A stretch of DNA of 64,000 nt. Origin: the human T2T-CHM13v2.0 reference genome, Homo sapiens. Positions within the stretch are counted from its first letter, which is position 1; the number at the start of each line of letters is the position of its first letter. Of this stretch, positions 26,417 through 42,540 are shown piece after piece. The notes beneath the pieces were generated by a model. The model was not told where the DNA came from and ran no database searches. It worked only from the letters and a program-made list of their open reading frames with translations. The stretch lies in the NCBI RefSeq assembly GCF_009914755.1, contig NC_060948.1, one strand, 5' to 3'. A program made the position numbers and the translations under genes.

Positions 26417-27457
26417 TAGTGAATCTGGGAGCTGGTGTTTTGAAAAGATCCACAAAATAGATAGACTGCTGGCCATACTAATAAAGAAGAAAATAGAGAA
26501 GAGTAAAATAGACACAACAAAAAATGATAAAGTAGATATCACCACTGATCCCACAGAAATACAAACTACCATCAGAGAATACTATAAACATCTCTATGCA
26601 AATAAACTAGAAAATCTAGAAAAAAACAGATAAGTTACCAGACAAATATACCTTACCAAAACAAGACCAGAAGTCAAATGCCTGAATAGGCCAATAACAA
26701 GTTCTGTAATTGAGGCAGGAACTAATAGCCTACTAACAATAAAAGCACAAAACCAGAGGCATTCACAGCTGAATTCTGCCGGAGGTACAAAAAGGAGCTG
26801 GTACCATTCCTTCTGAAACTATTCCAAACAGTGAAAAAGAGGGACTCATCTTTAACTCATTTTATGAGGCTAGCATAATCCTGATATCAAAACCTGGCAG
26901 AGACATAACAAAAAAATAAAATTTCAGGTCAATATCCCTGATGAACATCAATGTGAAAATCCTCAATAAAATACTGGCAAACTGAATCCAGCAGCACATC
27001 AAAAGCTCATCCACCAGGATCAAGTCAGCTGCAAGGCTGGTTCAACACAGGCAAATCAATAAACGTAATCCATCACATAAACAGAACCAATGACAAAACC
27101 CACATGATTATCTCAATAGATGCAGAAAAGGCCTTCAATAAAACTCAACACCCCTTCAGGCTAAAAATTCTCAAAAAACTAGGTACTGATGGAACATATC
27201 TCAAAGTAATAAGAGCTGTTTAGGCTAAACCCACAGTGAATATCATACTGAATGGGCAAAAGCTGGAAGCATTCCCTTTGAAAACTGGCACGAGACAAGG
27301 ATGCCCTCTTGCTCCACTCCTGTTCAACATAGCACTGGAAGTTCTGGCAAGGGCAGTCAGTCAAGATAAAGAAATAAAGAGTGTTCAAATAGGAAGAGAA
27401 GAAGTAAAATTGTCTCTGTTTGTAGATAACACGAATGTGTATTTAGAAAACCCCATC

Positions 27458-27822
<365 letters not shown>

Positions 27823-28584
27823 TCAGGATACAAAATCAATGTGTAAAATTCACAAGCATTCCTATACACCAATAGTAGTCAAAGAGAGAGCCAAATCATG
27901 AGTGAACTCTCATTCACAATTGCTACAAAGAGTATAAAATAGCTCGGAATGCAACTTACAAGAGATGTGAAAAACCTCTTCAAGGAGAACTATAAACCAC
28001 CTGTCAAAGAAATAAGGTAGGACACCAACAAATAGAAAAACATTTCATGCTTATGGATAGGAAGGATCAATATCATGAAACATGGTCATTCTGCACAAAG
28101 TAATTTGTAGATTCAAAGCTATCCTTATCAAGGTAACACTGACTTTTTTCATAGAATTAAAAAAAAAAAAACGACTTCAAATTTCATATGGATCCAAAAA
28201 GGAGCCCGTATACCCAAGACAATCCTAAGCAAAAAGAACAAAGGCATCACATTACCTGATTTCAAACTATACTACAAGGCTACAGTAACAAAAACAGCAT
28301 GGTCCTGGTACCAGAACAGATATGTAGACCAATGGAACAGAACAAAGGCTTCAGAAATAACACCACACATCTCAACCATCTGATCTTTGACAAACCTGAC
28401 AAAAACAAGCAATGGGGAAAGGATTCCGAATATAATAAATGGTGCTGGGAAAACTGGCTAGCCATATGCAGAAAACTGACACTGGACCCCTTCCTTATAC
28501 CTTATACAAAAATTAACTCAAGATGACTTAAAGACTTAAACATAAGACCTAAAACCATAAAGGCCCTAGAAGAAAACCTAGGCA

Positions 28585-28956
<372 letters not shown>

Positions 28957-29234
28957 TTAAACTAAAGAGCTTCTGCACAGCAAAAGAAACTATCATCAGA
29001 GTAAACAGGCAACCTATAGCATGGGAGAAAATATTTTTAATCTATCCACCTGATAAAGAGTTAATACCCAGAATCTACAAACAACTTAAACCAATTTACA
29101 AGAAAACAAACAAACAACCCCATAAAAAAGTGGGGAAAGAATATGAACAGACACTTCACAAAAGAAGACATTTATGCGGCCAATAAACATATGAAAAAAA
29201 CTCATCATCACTGGTCATTAGAGAATTGTAAATC

Positions 29235-29745
29235 TGCCAAGACAAGCTTGGTCGGGGAGACCCTATCCCAGTGGTGCTAGAGGAATTAAAGACACACACA
29301 CAGAAATATAGAGGTGTGGAGTGGGAAATTAGGGGTCTCACAGCCTTCAGAGCTGAGAGCCCTGAACAGAGATTTACCCACGTATTTATTGACATCAAGC
29401 CAGTGATTAGCATTGTTTCTATAGATTACAGATTAACTAAGAGTATTCCTTATGGGAAACAAAGGCAAGGGCCAAAATAAGGGTTGGGTTTGGCTAGTTA
29501 TGTGCAGCAGGAGCATGTCCTTAAGGCACAGACTGCTCATGCTATCGTTTGTGCTTTAAGGACACCTTTAAGCGGTTTTCCACCCTGGGTGGGCCAGGTG
29601 TTCCTTGCCCTCATTCCGGTAAACCCACAACCTTCTAGCGTGGGTGTCATGGCTATCACGATCATGTCATAGTGCTGCAGAGATTTTGTTTATGGCCAGT
29701 TTTGGGCCAGTTTATGGCCAGATTTTGGGGGGCCTGTTCCCAATA
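29235..29745 (-). mobile_element. MER9 (HERV-K HML-3 type) solo LTR
   Basis: Minus strand tattgggaacaggccccccaaaatctggccataaactggccc; 6-bp flanks taaatc/caaatc. Confidence 0.9.
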
Positions 29746-30901
29746 CAAATCAAAACCACAGTGAGATACCATCTCATGCCAGTTGGATGGTGATTATTGA
29801 AAAGTGAGGAAACAACAAATGCTGGAGAGGATGTGGAGAAATTGGAACACTTTTACACTATTGCTGGGAGTGTAAATTAGTTTTTCCATTGTGGAAGACA
29901 GTGTGGAGATTCCTCAAGGATCTAGAACTAGAAATACCATTTGACCCAGCAATCCCATTACTGGGTATATACCCAAAGGATTATAAATAATTCTACTATA
30001 AAGACACATGGACAAATAAGTTTATTGCAACATTGTTCACAATAGCAAAGACTTGGAACCAACCCAAATGTCAATTAATGATAGATTGAATAAAGAACAT
30101 TTGGCACATATAACCATGGGATAGTATGCAACCATAAAAAAGGATGAGTTCATGTCTTTTTCAGGGACATGGATGACACTGGAAACCATCAATCTCAGTA
30201 AACTAACACAGAAACAGAAAACTAAACACCACATGTTCTCACTCAAAAGTTGGAGTTGAACAATTAGAACAGATGGACAAAGGGAGGGGGAACATCACAT
30301 ACCTGGGTTAGTGGGTGGAGGGGCTGGGGAGGGATAGCATTAGGAGAAATACCTAATGTAGATGACAGGTGGATGGTTGCAGAAAACTACTACAGCATGT
30401 GCATATCTATGTAACAAACCTGCACATCTATCCATGTATCCCAGAACTTAAAGTATAATTTAAAAAGAAAAAGAAGTTATGTGTTCCATTGTATTTCACT
30501 CTTTTCTCTTATAAGTGTGAGTGTGCATTATTAAAAAAACTAGAGTTAAGTGATACTTTAGTGACACATCTGTATGGCTCACAATTAAAGTGCTTTCATT
30601 TGACAATCCCTACTATCTGTTCTTGGATTTAAATAATTTTATTTTATATATACATATAATGTGTGTATACATATATAATGAAAAAGTGCCATTAAAAAAG
30701 CTGTCCTGTTCTTTGTTTGTTAATTTCCAAGTTATTCCCGTAAGAGTCTATTTTTTTGTATCATCATCATCATCAATATAAAGCCTAAAAATCTAGCTAT
30801 ATGGTTTTTCTAGAGAGATTTCAACACTCGTCTTAGTTTATTATTTTGAGGTGAAATATAATATACTTTTAGAGAACTCAACAATAGTACGTTTTACTAT
30901 T

Positions 30902-31412
30902 TGTGGTTCATTGCAAACTGGCCACCTGCCATAGTCCCTCCCCATCCATACCCTTTGCAAGACAACTTTGTCCCTCTTCTCATTAACAAGAGAAGTGCAT
31001 TAGCCCTCTGCATGAATCTTCATTGTCTTTCTTTTGCCAACAGCATGCAGTGGAAGGGACACCATGCTAGTTTTAAACCTGGGCTTCACAAGGTCAGCAT
31101 GCTTCTGCTCTTGGACCTCCTCTACTGAGGTTCCATATGTACAAATCTGAACCAAATTACTAGAGTTCATTCAAACCACTAGGAGCTGAAATGAGTTGTC
31201 ACCATGCTTGAATCTGTCCTAGACCCTCCAGCCACCAGTCAACCTGTGAAGTGACCACAAATACATGAGGGAGCCCAGGCAAGACAAGAAGAGCCACCCA
31301 GCTGAGCCTAGTCCAAATTACAAAACTAGACACTCTTCTGCTAAACAATGAGTAGTTGTTTTTTTAGCCACTAACTTTAAGGGCAGTATGCCACAGAGAA
31401 ATAACCAGTGAT
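30902..31412 (+). mobile_element. MLT1(H-like) MaLR LTR
   Basis: tgtggt start; ccagctgagcctagtccaaatt; agccactaa 3' motif. Confidence 0.6.
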
Positions 31413-31865
31413 TCCCTGTTGGTGTATATTTTAGACACAATTTTACCAAGAAATATGTAAGCTAATTTAATTTATCAGCATTTTATTTCTCTGTTTCTAT
31501 TATTCCTATTTTGCTTTGGACAGGGAAACTGATTTCTGGGTTGAACATGCAGAAGCACATTCACAGAACTTTCTTTTTCTCTGTTGGGCAGATTTTATCA
31601 GAATTACAAAAGACTTAGGAAATAAATCATATAAACCATTGCCGTCATCAAAAGCTTTCAAATCGATCTCCCATAGGACACTTGAAGTTTATGCATGTTT
31701 GGAAGGCAAATATAGACATGATTTCAACAGAACTAAAATGATTCTTTGTGATAGCCTGTTTCTTTAAGATCTGTTCAGAATATCAGCTTTTGTTTAACGT
31801 GTAAACTTACAAAACTAACTAAAAGAGAGTGTGCTTGAATCTGTGATTAACACAAATTATTATAG

Positions 31866-32930
31866 TTGCAAATTAAAAGCACAATGAGACACCATCTTAC
31901 ACCAGTCAGAATGGCTATGATTAAAAACTGAAAAAACAGCAGATGCTGGCAAGAACGCAGAAAAAAAGGAAGGCTTATACACTGCTGGTAAGAATGTAAA
32001 TTAGTTCAACCTCTATGGAAAACATGATAAGAGATTTCTAAAATAAAACTAACATTCCATCCAGCAATCCCACTACTGGGTATCCACTCAAAGGAAAATA
32101 AATCATTACATCAAAAAGATACATGCATTCCCAAATTTATTGAAGCATTATTCACAGTAGTGAAGATATAGAATCAACCTAAATATCCACTGGACCAGAT
32201 AAAATGTTATATATATATATCATATAATATATATTTATATATCACAATGAAATACTACTCAGTCATAAAAAAGAATGAAATCATGTCTTTTGCAGCAACA
32301 TAGACGGAACTGGAGCCTATTATCTTAAGTGAAATTACTAAAAATCAGAAAATCGAATACTGAATGTTCTCATGTATATGTGGGAGCAAAATAATGTGTA
32401 CACAGGGGCCTAGAAAGTGGAATAATGAACACTGGAAACTAGAATAGGTGGCAGGATTGGAGGCTGTATTTTGTACAGTATTTGGGTACGTTAATTCTGG
32501 CTTCCCACCTAGTTCCAGAAATTACTTAATGCATACAATGTACACTATTCTCCTGATATTTACACCAGAAGTCCAGACTTCATCATGACACAATATATCC
32601 ATATAAAAAATGTGGCTGATACCATGGCTCATGCCTGTAATCCTAGGAGGGGGAGGAGGGTGAATCACTCAAGGTAAAGAGTTCAAGACCAGCCTTGCCA
32701 ACATAGTGAAACCCTCTACTAAAAATACAAAAAATTAGCTGGGCATGGTGGCACATGCCTGTAATCCGTTACTTGGGAGGCTGAGTCAGGAGAATGGCTT
32801 GACCCAGGAGGCAGAGGTTACAGTGAGCTGAAATTGCACCACCACACTGCTGTCTAGGTGACAGAGGAAGACTCTGCCCTTAAAAAAAAAAAAAAAAATT
32901 GTACACACTAAATCCATTAAGAAAAATTTT
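31866..32930 (+). mobile_element. L1MA 3' fragment with an Alu at 32614-32898
   Basis: cacaatgagacaccatcttacaccagtcagaatggct...aagaatgaaatcatgtcttttgcagcaacat. Confidence 0.85.
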
Positions 32931-33432
32931 AACTATATAACCAAATAATGTGTAAGTATTGATTTTGCTGTTTAATGTTGCAATTCATATTTTAAATATC
33001 AAATACTTAATATTTAGTATATAACATTACTTCATAGTTAATAAATATTTAATGCTTAATTTAAAAATTGAAAGCTAAAAAATTCTTAACAGGTGCTGTG
33101 ATGTTCATTAACTCTAATTATTTTATTTTGTCAAACTGTGATTGTTATAATAATAATTTGGAGTTATAGTGGAAAGTATTACACCGTACTTTGGGAAGAA
33201 CTTACATGTCCATCACTAGCTAAGTTCAATCAAGTTTATTTCATGTCCTGAGGATAGGTCAGGGGAAAAATAAGTTGACATCAGATGCCTCAAATCTATT
33301 TTAATGAGTGCTGTGAGAATATATTTGCTGTATTCCTGCAAAATGTTCAAAGTGGCTTAAATTTTTTTTAGCCAACTTTTAAACTTTTATTAGCATTGTT
33401 TGAAATATTCGTCTGCTTGTTTTTCTCACTAT

Positions 33433-33729
33433 CTTTATTTTTTTGAGATAATGTCTTGCTCTGCTGCAGTGGCAGGATCACAGCTTGCTGCAGTGGCAGG
33501 ATCACAGCTTACTGCAGCCTCAACCTCCTGGGCTCAAGCAATCCTCCTGCCTCAGCCTTCCAAGCAACTGGGACTTCAGGCATGCATCACACAACACTCC
33601 GCTAATTTTCTGTAGAGGCAGGGGCTCTCTATGTTGCCTAGGTTGGTCTCAAGGTTCTAGGTTCAAGGCAACCCTCCCAACAACCTCCCAAAGTGTTGTA
33701 ATTACAGGTGTGAGACATCACACTGGGCC
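33433..33729 (-). mobile_element. Alu (AluJ-like) with an internal 24-bp tandem duplication
   Basis: tgcagtggcaggatcacagct present twice. Confidence 0.88.
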
Positions 33730-34409
33730 TCTCACCATGTTTAACCAATATTTTCTCCTGGTAACGTTGTTTTCATCCACAAAGCATTTATATGTAGTCA
33801 TGAACATCACTCTCTTTTAAATAAAAATTTCACAGTCAGAAGACCCATCAGGAGTCATGAATTCTAGCTCCTCACCTAGTTCTGGAATCTTCCTCCTCAC
33901 TCTTGAGGATGGGACATGTGAAACCTCCCATGACAGCAGACGGCCTTTTCCACTCGGAGAGAACACTTACTATTTGCAAGTTTTCTTCAGATTATGCCCA
34001 AGTTAATGCTCACTGCCACCCACCAAAACAAACAAACAAAAAGATATCAAAGCAGATACAGAAGCCAACAGGGAAGGAAGATGGGTCCAGTGCCATTTCC
34101 ATAGACTGCTCTTCAAAGAAAATATTTATAGCCCAGCTCTGTTGCCCAGATCCACAAAGAGAAAGCCAAATAATTGTTTCATCTTCCCTAAGTCATCACA
34201 CTGCTAAATCAAACACATTGTGTTTTCTGTTGTCCTGCTGTTCTTGATGCAGTCTCTGCACTCTTCAACACACCATCAAAAAGCGGGGAATTTTCGAGGA
34301 ATCTAAGATGTAAAGAGATGAAATGACCTTCACAAAGTTAATTCTTAGCTGGTGTGAGAAGGAAAGCCCTATTTTGAGTCCGCATCCAATGAACTTTCCA
34401 GCAGAGCCT

Positions 34410-34590
34410 GGCCGCGCAAACTTTACTCACATAAAGATCACCCAAAGGGCCTAGCAACACATGGATTCTGGGACCCCATCCCAGAAGTTCTGATTTAGTA
34501 GTCAAATAGTACAACCCAAAAATTTACAACTTTTGGGGTCTCTGATCCTGCTGGAGGTGCTGCATCATGGAATAGCCTTTCAATACTGTT
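34410..34590. mobile_element. MER5-like DNA transposon remnant
   Basis: gattctgggaccccatcccagaagttctgatttagtag. Confidence 0.55.
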
Positions 34591-34640
34591 GGGCTAAGCT
34601 GCACCAGAAAATGAGAACCTATTCCACAGGTCTGATATAC

Positions 34641-34954
34641 TTGTTTTATTTTGTTTTGATATAGAGTCTAGGTTAGAGTACAGTACAATCTCAGCTCACT
34701 GCAGCCTTGACTTCCTGAGCTCAAGCAATCATCCCACTTCAGCCTCCCGAGTAGCTGAGAAAACAGGTATGTACCTGTTGTCTTTAAATCAATTGCTTTG
34801 GACTGCCACCTCACCCAGCTAATTTTTGTATTTTGAGTAGAGACAGAGTTTCACTATGTTGCCCAGACTGGTCTTGAACTTCTGAGCTCAGAGATCCACC
34901 TGCCTTGATCTCTCAAAGTACTGGGATTACAGGCATGAGTCACCATCCCTAGCC
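34641..34954 (-). mobile_element. Alu (AluJ-like) with a ~30-bp non-Alu insert
   Basis: Alu interrupted at 34773-34803. Confidence 0.88.
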
Positions 34955-35107
34955 ATACTTGTTAAAAATGTACCATTGCTAATGCAATAGTAAGTGGATT
35001 TTAAGGACAGATGTCCAGGTAAAGGGCAATAGTTCTAACACAATGAGAATCCTAGTAGTTAAGGCTCCTTTTCCAGCTCTAGGAGGGAGCAAAAGTAAAC
35101 ATTAAGA

Positions 35108-35211
35108 AATCTATAATTCCAGCATTTTGTGAGGCCACGGTAGGAAGATTGCTTGAATGCAGGAGTTTGAGACCCATCTGGGCAACAAAGTGAGACCCAT
35201 GACTCTACAAA

Positions 35212-35250
<39 letters not shown>

Positions 35251-35430
35251 AAATAAATAAATAAAAATGAGTTGGATGTGGTTGTGTGTGCCTATAGTCC
35301 CAGCTACTCGAGAGACTGATGTGGGAGGATTGCTTGAGTCCAGGAGGTCAAGGGTACAGTGAGCCAGAATTACACCATTGTGTTCCAATCTGGACAACAG
35401 AGAAAGATCATGTCTCGAATAATTAAAAAA
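35108..35430 (+). mobile_element. Alu with (AAAT)n expansion in the middle A-rich linker
   Basis: (aaat)n at ~35209-35265. Confidence 0.9.
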
Positions 35431-35567
35431 AGAGAGGAGAAAGAAAGACTCTCCTAGAATTAGAGCTTAGCCATTCAGTGGAGGTTGACTGAGCTAAATG
35501 AGCAAAACTCACTCTTCAAATATTTGCCAAGAAACTTCTCTAATAATAATAATTCTCTCACTCTTTC

Positions 35568-35736
35568 TCTCTCTCTGAGTGTATCCCTTCCATTGTACAA
35601 TTGAAGAAATTGCTTCCAGAAGATAATTCTTAGTTTACACTTTATTCTCTCTTTATATATGTATCTCTCTCTGTGTGTATCACTTCCATTGTACAACTGA
35701 AGAAATGACTACCAGAAGATAATTCTTAGTTTACAC
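35568..35736 (+). repeat. Diverged direct duplication, period ~96 bp
   Basis: cttccattgtacaa...ccagaagataattcttagtttacac present twice. Confidence 0.85.
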
Positions 35737-36607
35737 AGCCTAAAATTGTAAAGTTGGATGCTGAGACCAGAATTTCCAAAACCCAGGCCAACATTCTGTC
35801 CAGAACTCAGCACTGCTTTTCTGTAGAAGCAGATGCTAAGAGCAGTCATACCTTGGTAGGAGAATTTGTTTCCCCTAAGCTATTGGTCTGTGTTCTGTTT
35901 TAGCTCAAGGCAGAACAACATGTTTCTACAAATAGTCAACACAGCGTAGCCCATAATACACAGAAAATAAAAGTATTTTATTCCTTAGGAAATCGTTTTC
36001 CATGCTGACAGCATAAGAAGTTGTGTTTTGTGGCAGCTGGTTTAAAATTTCTCCTTTCAACTTGTCCCTCTACTGTCTTTCTCTCTGACCTTTGATTTTT
36101 TTCTAACTTTCTCCATCTTCTTAGTCACATCTTTTCTCTTTCATATTTTCATTTCTGTTCCATTTTGATCAGTGACTGACCATATTGAACTCTAGAAAAA
36201 TGGTTATTTAAGCTGTTTAGCCCTCATCCATTAGATCTCAACAGTAAATTTGTTGCTGTTCCTCTAAATCAATTGCTTTGGACCACAGAAATGGAAACTC
36301 CATTTTGCAAATGTATTTGGAATCTACTATGTTCATAGCTGGTTTTTAAGAGTCCATGCTGAGAAATTTTGTGACATTGCAAATTAATATCAAAGAAGGT
36401 CTACAAATAAAAAATTCTATTACACTGAATTATGAAAGATGATCTGATTATTCTTTAAGTTGAAAACTAGATAGAAGGGAAATGTAAAACACTTCAAACA
36501 CAATATATCATGGGTTTCATGGGATAGTCTCAGTGGTTTGTGTTTAATTTTGTATGGATTTCAAATTTCCAAAAATTTACAATGAAGAAAATTTAGCATC
36601 TATGTAA

Positions 36608-36967
<360 letters not shown>

Positions 36968-37217
36968 TAATTTTGATGTATTTCAAGAGCCCAATGAAGG
37001 GGAATGTGAATACCAAAGTTCAAATATGAACGTGGGCTCAGGGGCTCTAGACTCATTCAAATTTATATATTTCAACTTCCTAAGAAGCTGTCTTGCCTCC
37101 ACTCTTTCCATAAGCACTGCACACACAATTCCAGCAGCCACATGGAGATATTACAACCTCATGTTTCCATCAGAAAAGAGAATTGGCTTTAGCTTTGATA
37201 CATTTAAAGTACCATGA

Positions 37218-37604
<387 letters not shown>

Positions 37605-37885
37605 TGATAGTTTCTCATGCTGAACCCTTTAAGAACCAGAAAAGGGGACCCAGGGCCAGCATCTTTCCATGAAACAGTCTCTGCTAGTAGATGTTATTGC
37701 CAAGGCAGCTTTCAGAAGGCTGGTCCTCATTGTCAATGCCAAGCATGCAGTCATCCATCATTTGGAACCATTTCTACCTTGCTAGTCCACCCGCTTCTCT
37801 TCGGGGGAAGCTGTATTTGTGGTAGAATGAGAAAACCCTCTTTGTTCTCATGAGAAACTGGGATGTGTTTTAGAAAGGCCCAGGT

Positions 37886-38355
<470 letters not shown>

Positions 38356-38651
38356 TCATGTGTTAACTGCTTAAATAATGGTTTTTAGCTTCTTTACTTG
38401 CCAAGATGAAATGCCAATGAATAAATACATTTATTTATCACAGCAAATACTTGGAAAGTGTCTAATTATTACCATATTTGGTTATATGCCTGGTAATGTA
38501 TTCTGAGGGACAAACAGAAGAATTAGGTAATCAAAAGGGAAAATGGTATGTTAATTTTCTTAAAATACTTGACTCTGGAATAAGGGAAAGTAGAACTTTA
38601 AAATGAAGAAGGATTCCTCCCTGAGGGAGCATTGGATCTAACTTCTACTTT

Positions 38652-38966
38652 GGGGCAGGGCATGGTGGCTCACACTAGTAATCCCAGCACGTTGGGATGC
38701 TAAGGTAGGAAGAGCGCTTGTGCGTAACAGTTTGAGACCAGTCTATACAACATAGGAAGGCACCATCTCTACAAAAAGTCAAATAAAATAAATTAGCCAG
38801 GCACAGTGGCAAAGTCTGTAGGCTCAGCTATGCAGGTGGCTGAAGCAGGAGGATATTTTGAGCCCAGGAGTGGAGGCTGCAGTGAGCTGTGATGGAACCT
38901 CAACACTCCAGCCTGTGCAACAGAACAAGACCCTGTCTAAAACAAACAAACAAACAAAAAACAAAA
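38652..38966 (+). mobile_element. Alu (AluJ-like)
   Basis: Dimeric Alu with (AAAC)n tail. Confidence 0.88.
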
Positions 38967-39373
38967 AGGAAACTTCTCCCTCAAAAGGACATCTTTAAAG
39001 GTCAATATAGTGCAAGTGTTTCAAAAGTTTTTATCAAGAAGTAGGAAAATGAGAAAATATTAAATTCATGCACTCTAAATTTCTTTGAATGTCTTTTAAA
39101 CTCAAGAGAAGAAGTATTGACTTATGAGTAGACACCATGAAAGTGCTCATCCTATGTGGCAAAACAGCCAAATTATTGTTGGAGATAATATTATATTGGC
39201 TAATTATCCTTCTCACACAGTTAGTTAGATACTGCAGATACACAGCTGCTCAAATTTGTGGGATGGGATAGAAAACAAGGTGTAAAGGCTAAAAAATGAA
39301 AATTTAATCATTGATAAAAACACTTATGGTTGACTTTCTTCACACAGTGGCTTTTGGTACTTAATAAATACAA

Positions 39374-39947
39374 TTTTTTTTTTTTAAAGATGGAGTCTTG
39401 CTCTGTTGCCCAGGCTGGAACCCTGGTGTGCAATGGTGCAATCTCGGCTCACGGAAATCTCTCTCTCCCAGGCTCAAATGGTTCTCCTGCCTTAACCTCC
39501 CAAATAGTTGAGATACAGGTGCCTACCACCATGCCTAGCTAATTTTTTTTTTTTTTTTTTTTTTGAGACAGAGTCCCGCTCTTTCGCCCAGGCTGGAGTG
39601 CAGTGGCGTGATCTCTGCTCACTGCAAGCTCTGTGTCCCGGGTTCACACCTTTCTCCTGCCTCAGCCTCCTGAGAAGCTGGAACTACAGGTGCCCACCAC
39701 CAGGCCTAGCTAATTTTTTTTGTATTTTTAGTAAAGACGGAGTTTCACAGTATTAGCCAGGATGGTCTCGATCTGCTGACCTCCTGATCCGCCCACCTCC
39801 GCCTCCCAAAGTTAATTTTTGTATTTTTTAGTAGAGATGAGGTTTCACCATGTTGGCCAGGGTGGGTCTCAAACTCCTGACCTCAAGTGATCTGCCTGCG
39901 TCGACCTCCCAAAATGCTGGATTACAGGTGTGAGCCACCATGCCAGC
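39374..39947 (-). mobile_element. Alu containing a nested AluY-like element (39543-39811) in its middle A-rich linker
   Basis: Right arm, then second Alu with ctgcaagctc/ccgggttcacacc diagnostics, then left arm. Confidence 0.88.
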
Positions 39948-40485
39948 CAACAGGTACATCTTTAATTCAGTCTTCTGTTGACTTCTTGTGGTACTTTCTT
40001 TGTAGAGAGTTTATGTGATCCTTGAACCTGGGTTATTATTTATTTATAAGCATATAACTCTATCTTCCCCAGGAGATCACCAGTTCCAAAAGGCATTCAT
40101 GTTAATTTCATAATAAAGAAAACATAAAAATATTCCTAAAGCTTATGAAATTTTAGGAGGCCAGGAAAAAATATATACCACCTAGCTTAGACCTATGCTC
40201 AACATATTTGTACATGAAACAAACAATGTAAGTCATTAATTCTGAATAATTCAAGAAAATTTGGTACGTAAAATACACTTAGGCAATGAACATAGAGGGG
40301 TTAGAATGGTTTGTCATCCCCAAATCAGAAACAATAACAAACACAAAAGGCATCTGATTCTCCAGCATATTTTTATTGGAGGATTGAGTAAAGAAAATGA
40401 AATGTCTTCATTTACCATTTGGTAGTATGAGACAAATAAAAAGAATAAAAAGAATGCAGAAATGTGTTAGTTTAAGTTTCTTCTC

Positions 40486-40772
40486 CTTTTTTTTTGACCC
40501 AAGGTCTTGCTCTATCTCCCCGTCTGGAAGGCAGTAGTATAATCATGGCTCGCAGCAGCCTCAACCTCCTGGACTCAAGCAATCCTCTCACCTCAGCCTC
40601 CAGAGTAGCTGAGACTAGGTGTTCAACACGATGTGCAGCTAAGTTTTGAAATTTTTTTGTAGACTCAGGATATTGCTATGTTGCCCAGGCTAATCTCCAA
40701 CTCCTGGGCTCAAGCCATCCTCCAGCCTCAGCCTCACAAACTGCTGGGATTATGGGCGTGAGCCATTAGGAC
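40486..40772 (-). mobile_element. Alu (AluJ-like)
   Basis: Reverse-complement Alu. Confidence 0.88.
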
Positions 40773-41165
40773 CAACACCAAAACTTCCATTTTAAGACCT
40801 GCGTTTTCTGTACAGAAAACTCTCTGTACAGAGAGTCACAGACACTATTAGCACTGGGGAGTACCAAGCATGACATTTATGGGGCAACACTGACCATTCT
40901 AAAATACACATATTTTGTTTAAATCCGTGAAAGTACACAGATAATCTTGACTCTTCTAAAGTAATCTCCTTAGAGCTATCCGCATACTCGTAGGTGCTGT
41001 TCTGACTTCTGGAAACATTTTCAGAACCTAGGGCATGTTCTTTCATGCCTGTGCTTCTTTCCACAAGACTGTTGCTTCAATAAATGTATTACTGAGTACA
41101 TCTCCACAGATACACATCTTCACCCTTTCCAAACTGATGTGGGTTTTGACCACATTTTGAGTGAG

Positions 41166-41469
41166 TTTTGTTTGTTTGTTTTTTAGGGTCGAGGTCTCAC
41201 ACTGTCACTCAGGCTGGAGTGCAGCAGTGTAATCACAGCTCACTAAAGCCCTGAACTCCTGGGCTCAAGCGATGCTCCCAACTTAGCCTGCTGAGCAGCT
41301 GGGACTACAGGCACACACCACCACATCCGGCTAACATTTAAAATTTTTTTGTAGAGATGGAGTCTCACTATGTGTCCCAGACTGGTCTTGAACTCTTGGC
41401 CTCAAACCATCCTCCTGCCTCAGCCTCCTGAAGTGCTGATATTACAGGCATGAACAACCACTCCTGGCC
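41166..41469 (-). mobile_element. Alu (AluJ-like)
   Basis: Reverse-complement Alu. Confidence 0.9.
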
Positions 41470-42252
41470 CTGAGTGGCTGTTATATAAGATATAGTAAAT
41501 AAGGCTGACAATGCTGTTAGAAATTGAAAAAATGATTTTCAAAAGATAATTTTTAACCAACACATCAGAAAGAATAAGAAAGTTAAGCACTGACATTGTC
41601 CGTTATATTCTTCCTCACAGTAACAAAAACTTCAGTAGATCACTTTCAAACTCCATCTGCATACTCTAAAAAGACATTCTCAAAAGGCAGTTGAAAGACT
41701 CAGCTGACTGAGTCTTCTCAATTGTTTGAGAAGATACTTGGCTACAGGTGGGTCCAGGAAAGAGGAAAAAGGGAAGGCACTTAACTAGTTATCCCAATTG
41801 ACAGGTGGCTTTGGGATGGTATTAAGGAGAGCCTTCTGTTTTACAAATTTTGAGTTGCTCCCAGAACAGAATAACAACAGAATATTACTCTGTTCCTGGA
41901 GGAAGCAGAGAATATTGGAAATACTAAAGAAACAAATAACATGCGAAAAGTAAATAAAACACATGACTCAATTTCATAGGTCCTTTGATTTCGAAGGTTG
42001 TCCTGGGTATTGAATGCAGATCTCCATGCTTTGCAAGCAATCACACATCACCATTCAGCCATTGCTGACTTTTCATTTGTCTGTCTGCCTGCTGTTTTCT
42101 TTAATTTAGAATCTCTACATGGAAGACTATTCTATTTTGCATCCTCAGGGCCTCGCATGATGTCTGGCAAACAGAAAAATAAGTATAATTAAATTTAAAA
42201 AAAGCATTCAAACCTTAAAAATTGACTAAAAATAATGGGAGAAAATGTTGCC

Positions 42253-42540
42253 TTTGTTTGTTTGAGACAGAGTCTTGCTGTCACCCAGGCGAGAGTGCAG
42301 TGCTGTGATCTCAGCTCACTGCAACCTCCAGCTCCTGGGTTCAAGCAATTCTCCTGCCTCAGTCTCCCGAGTAGCCGAGATTACACATGCCTGGCACTAG
42401 GCCCAGCTAATTTTTGTATTTTTAGTAGAAATTGGGTTTCACCATGTTGGCCAGGCTGGTGTCAAACTCCTGACCTCATGATTCACCCACCTCAGCCCCG
42501 CAAAGTGCCGGGTTACAGGTATTAGCCACTGCACCTTGCA
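42253..42540 (-). mobile_element. Alu (AluS-like)
   Basis: Reverse-complement Alu. Confidence 0.9.
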
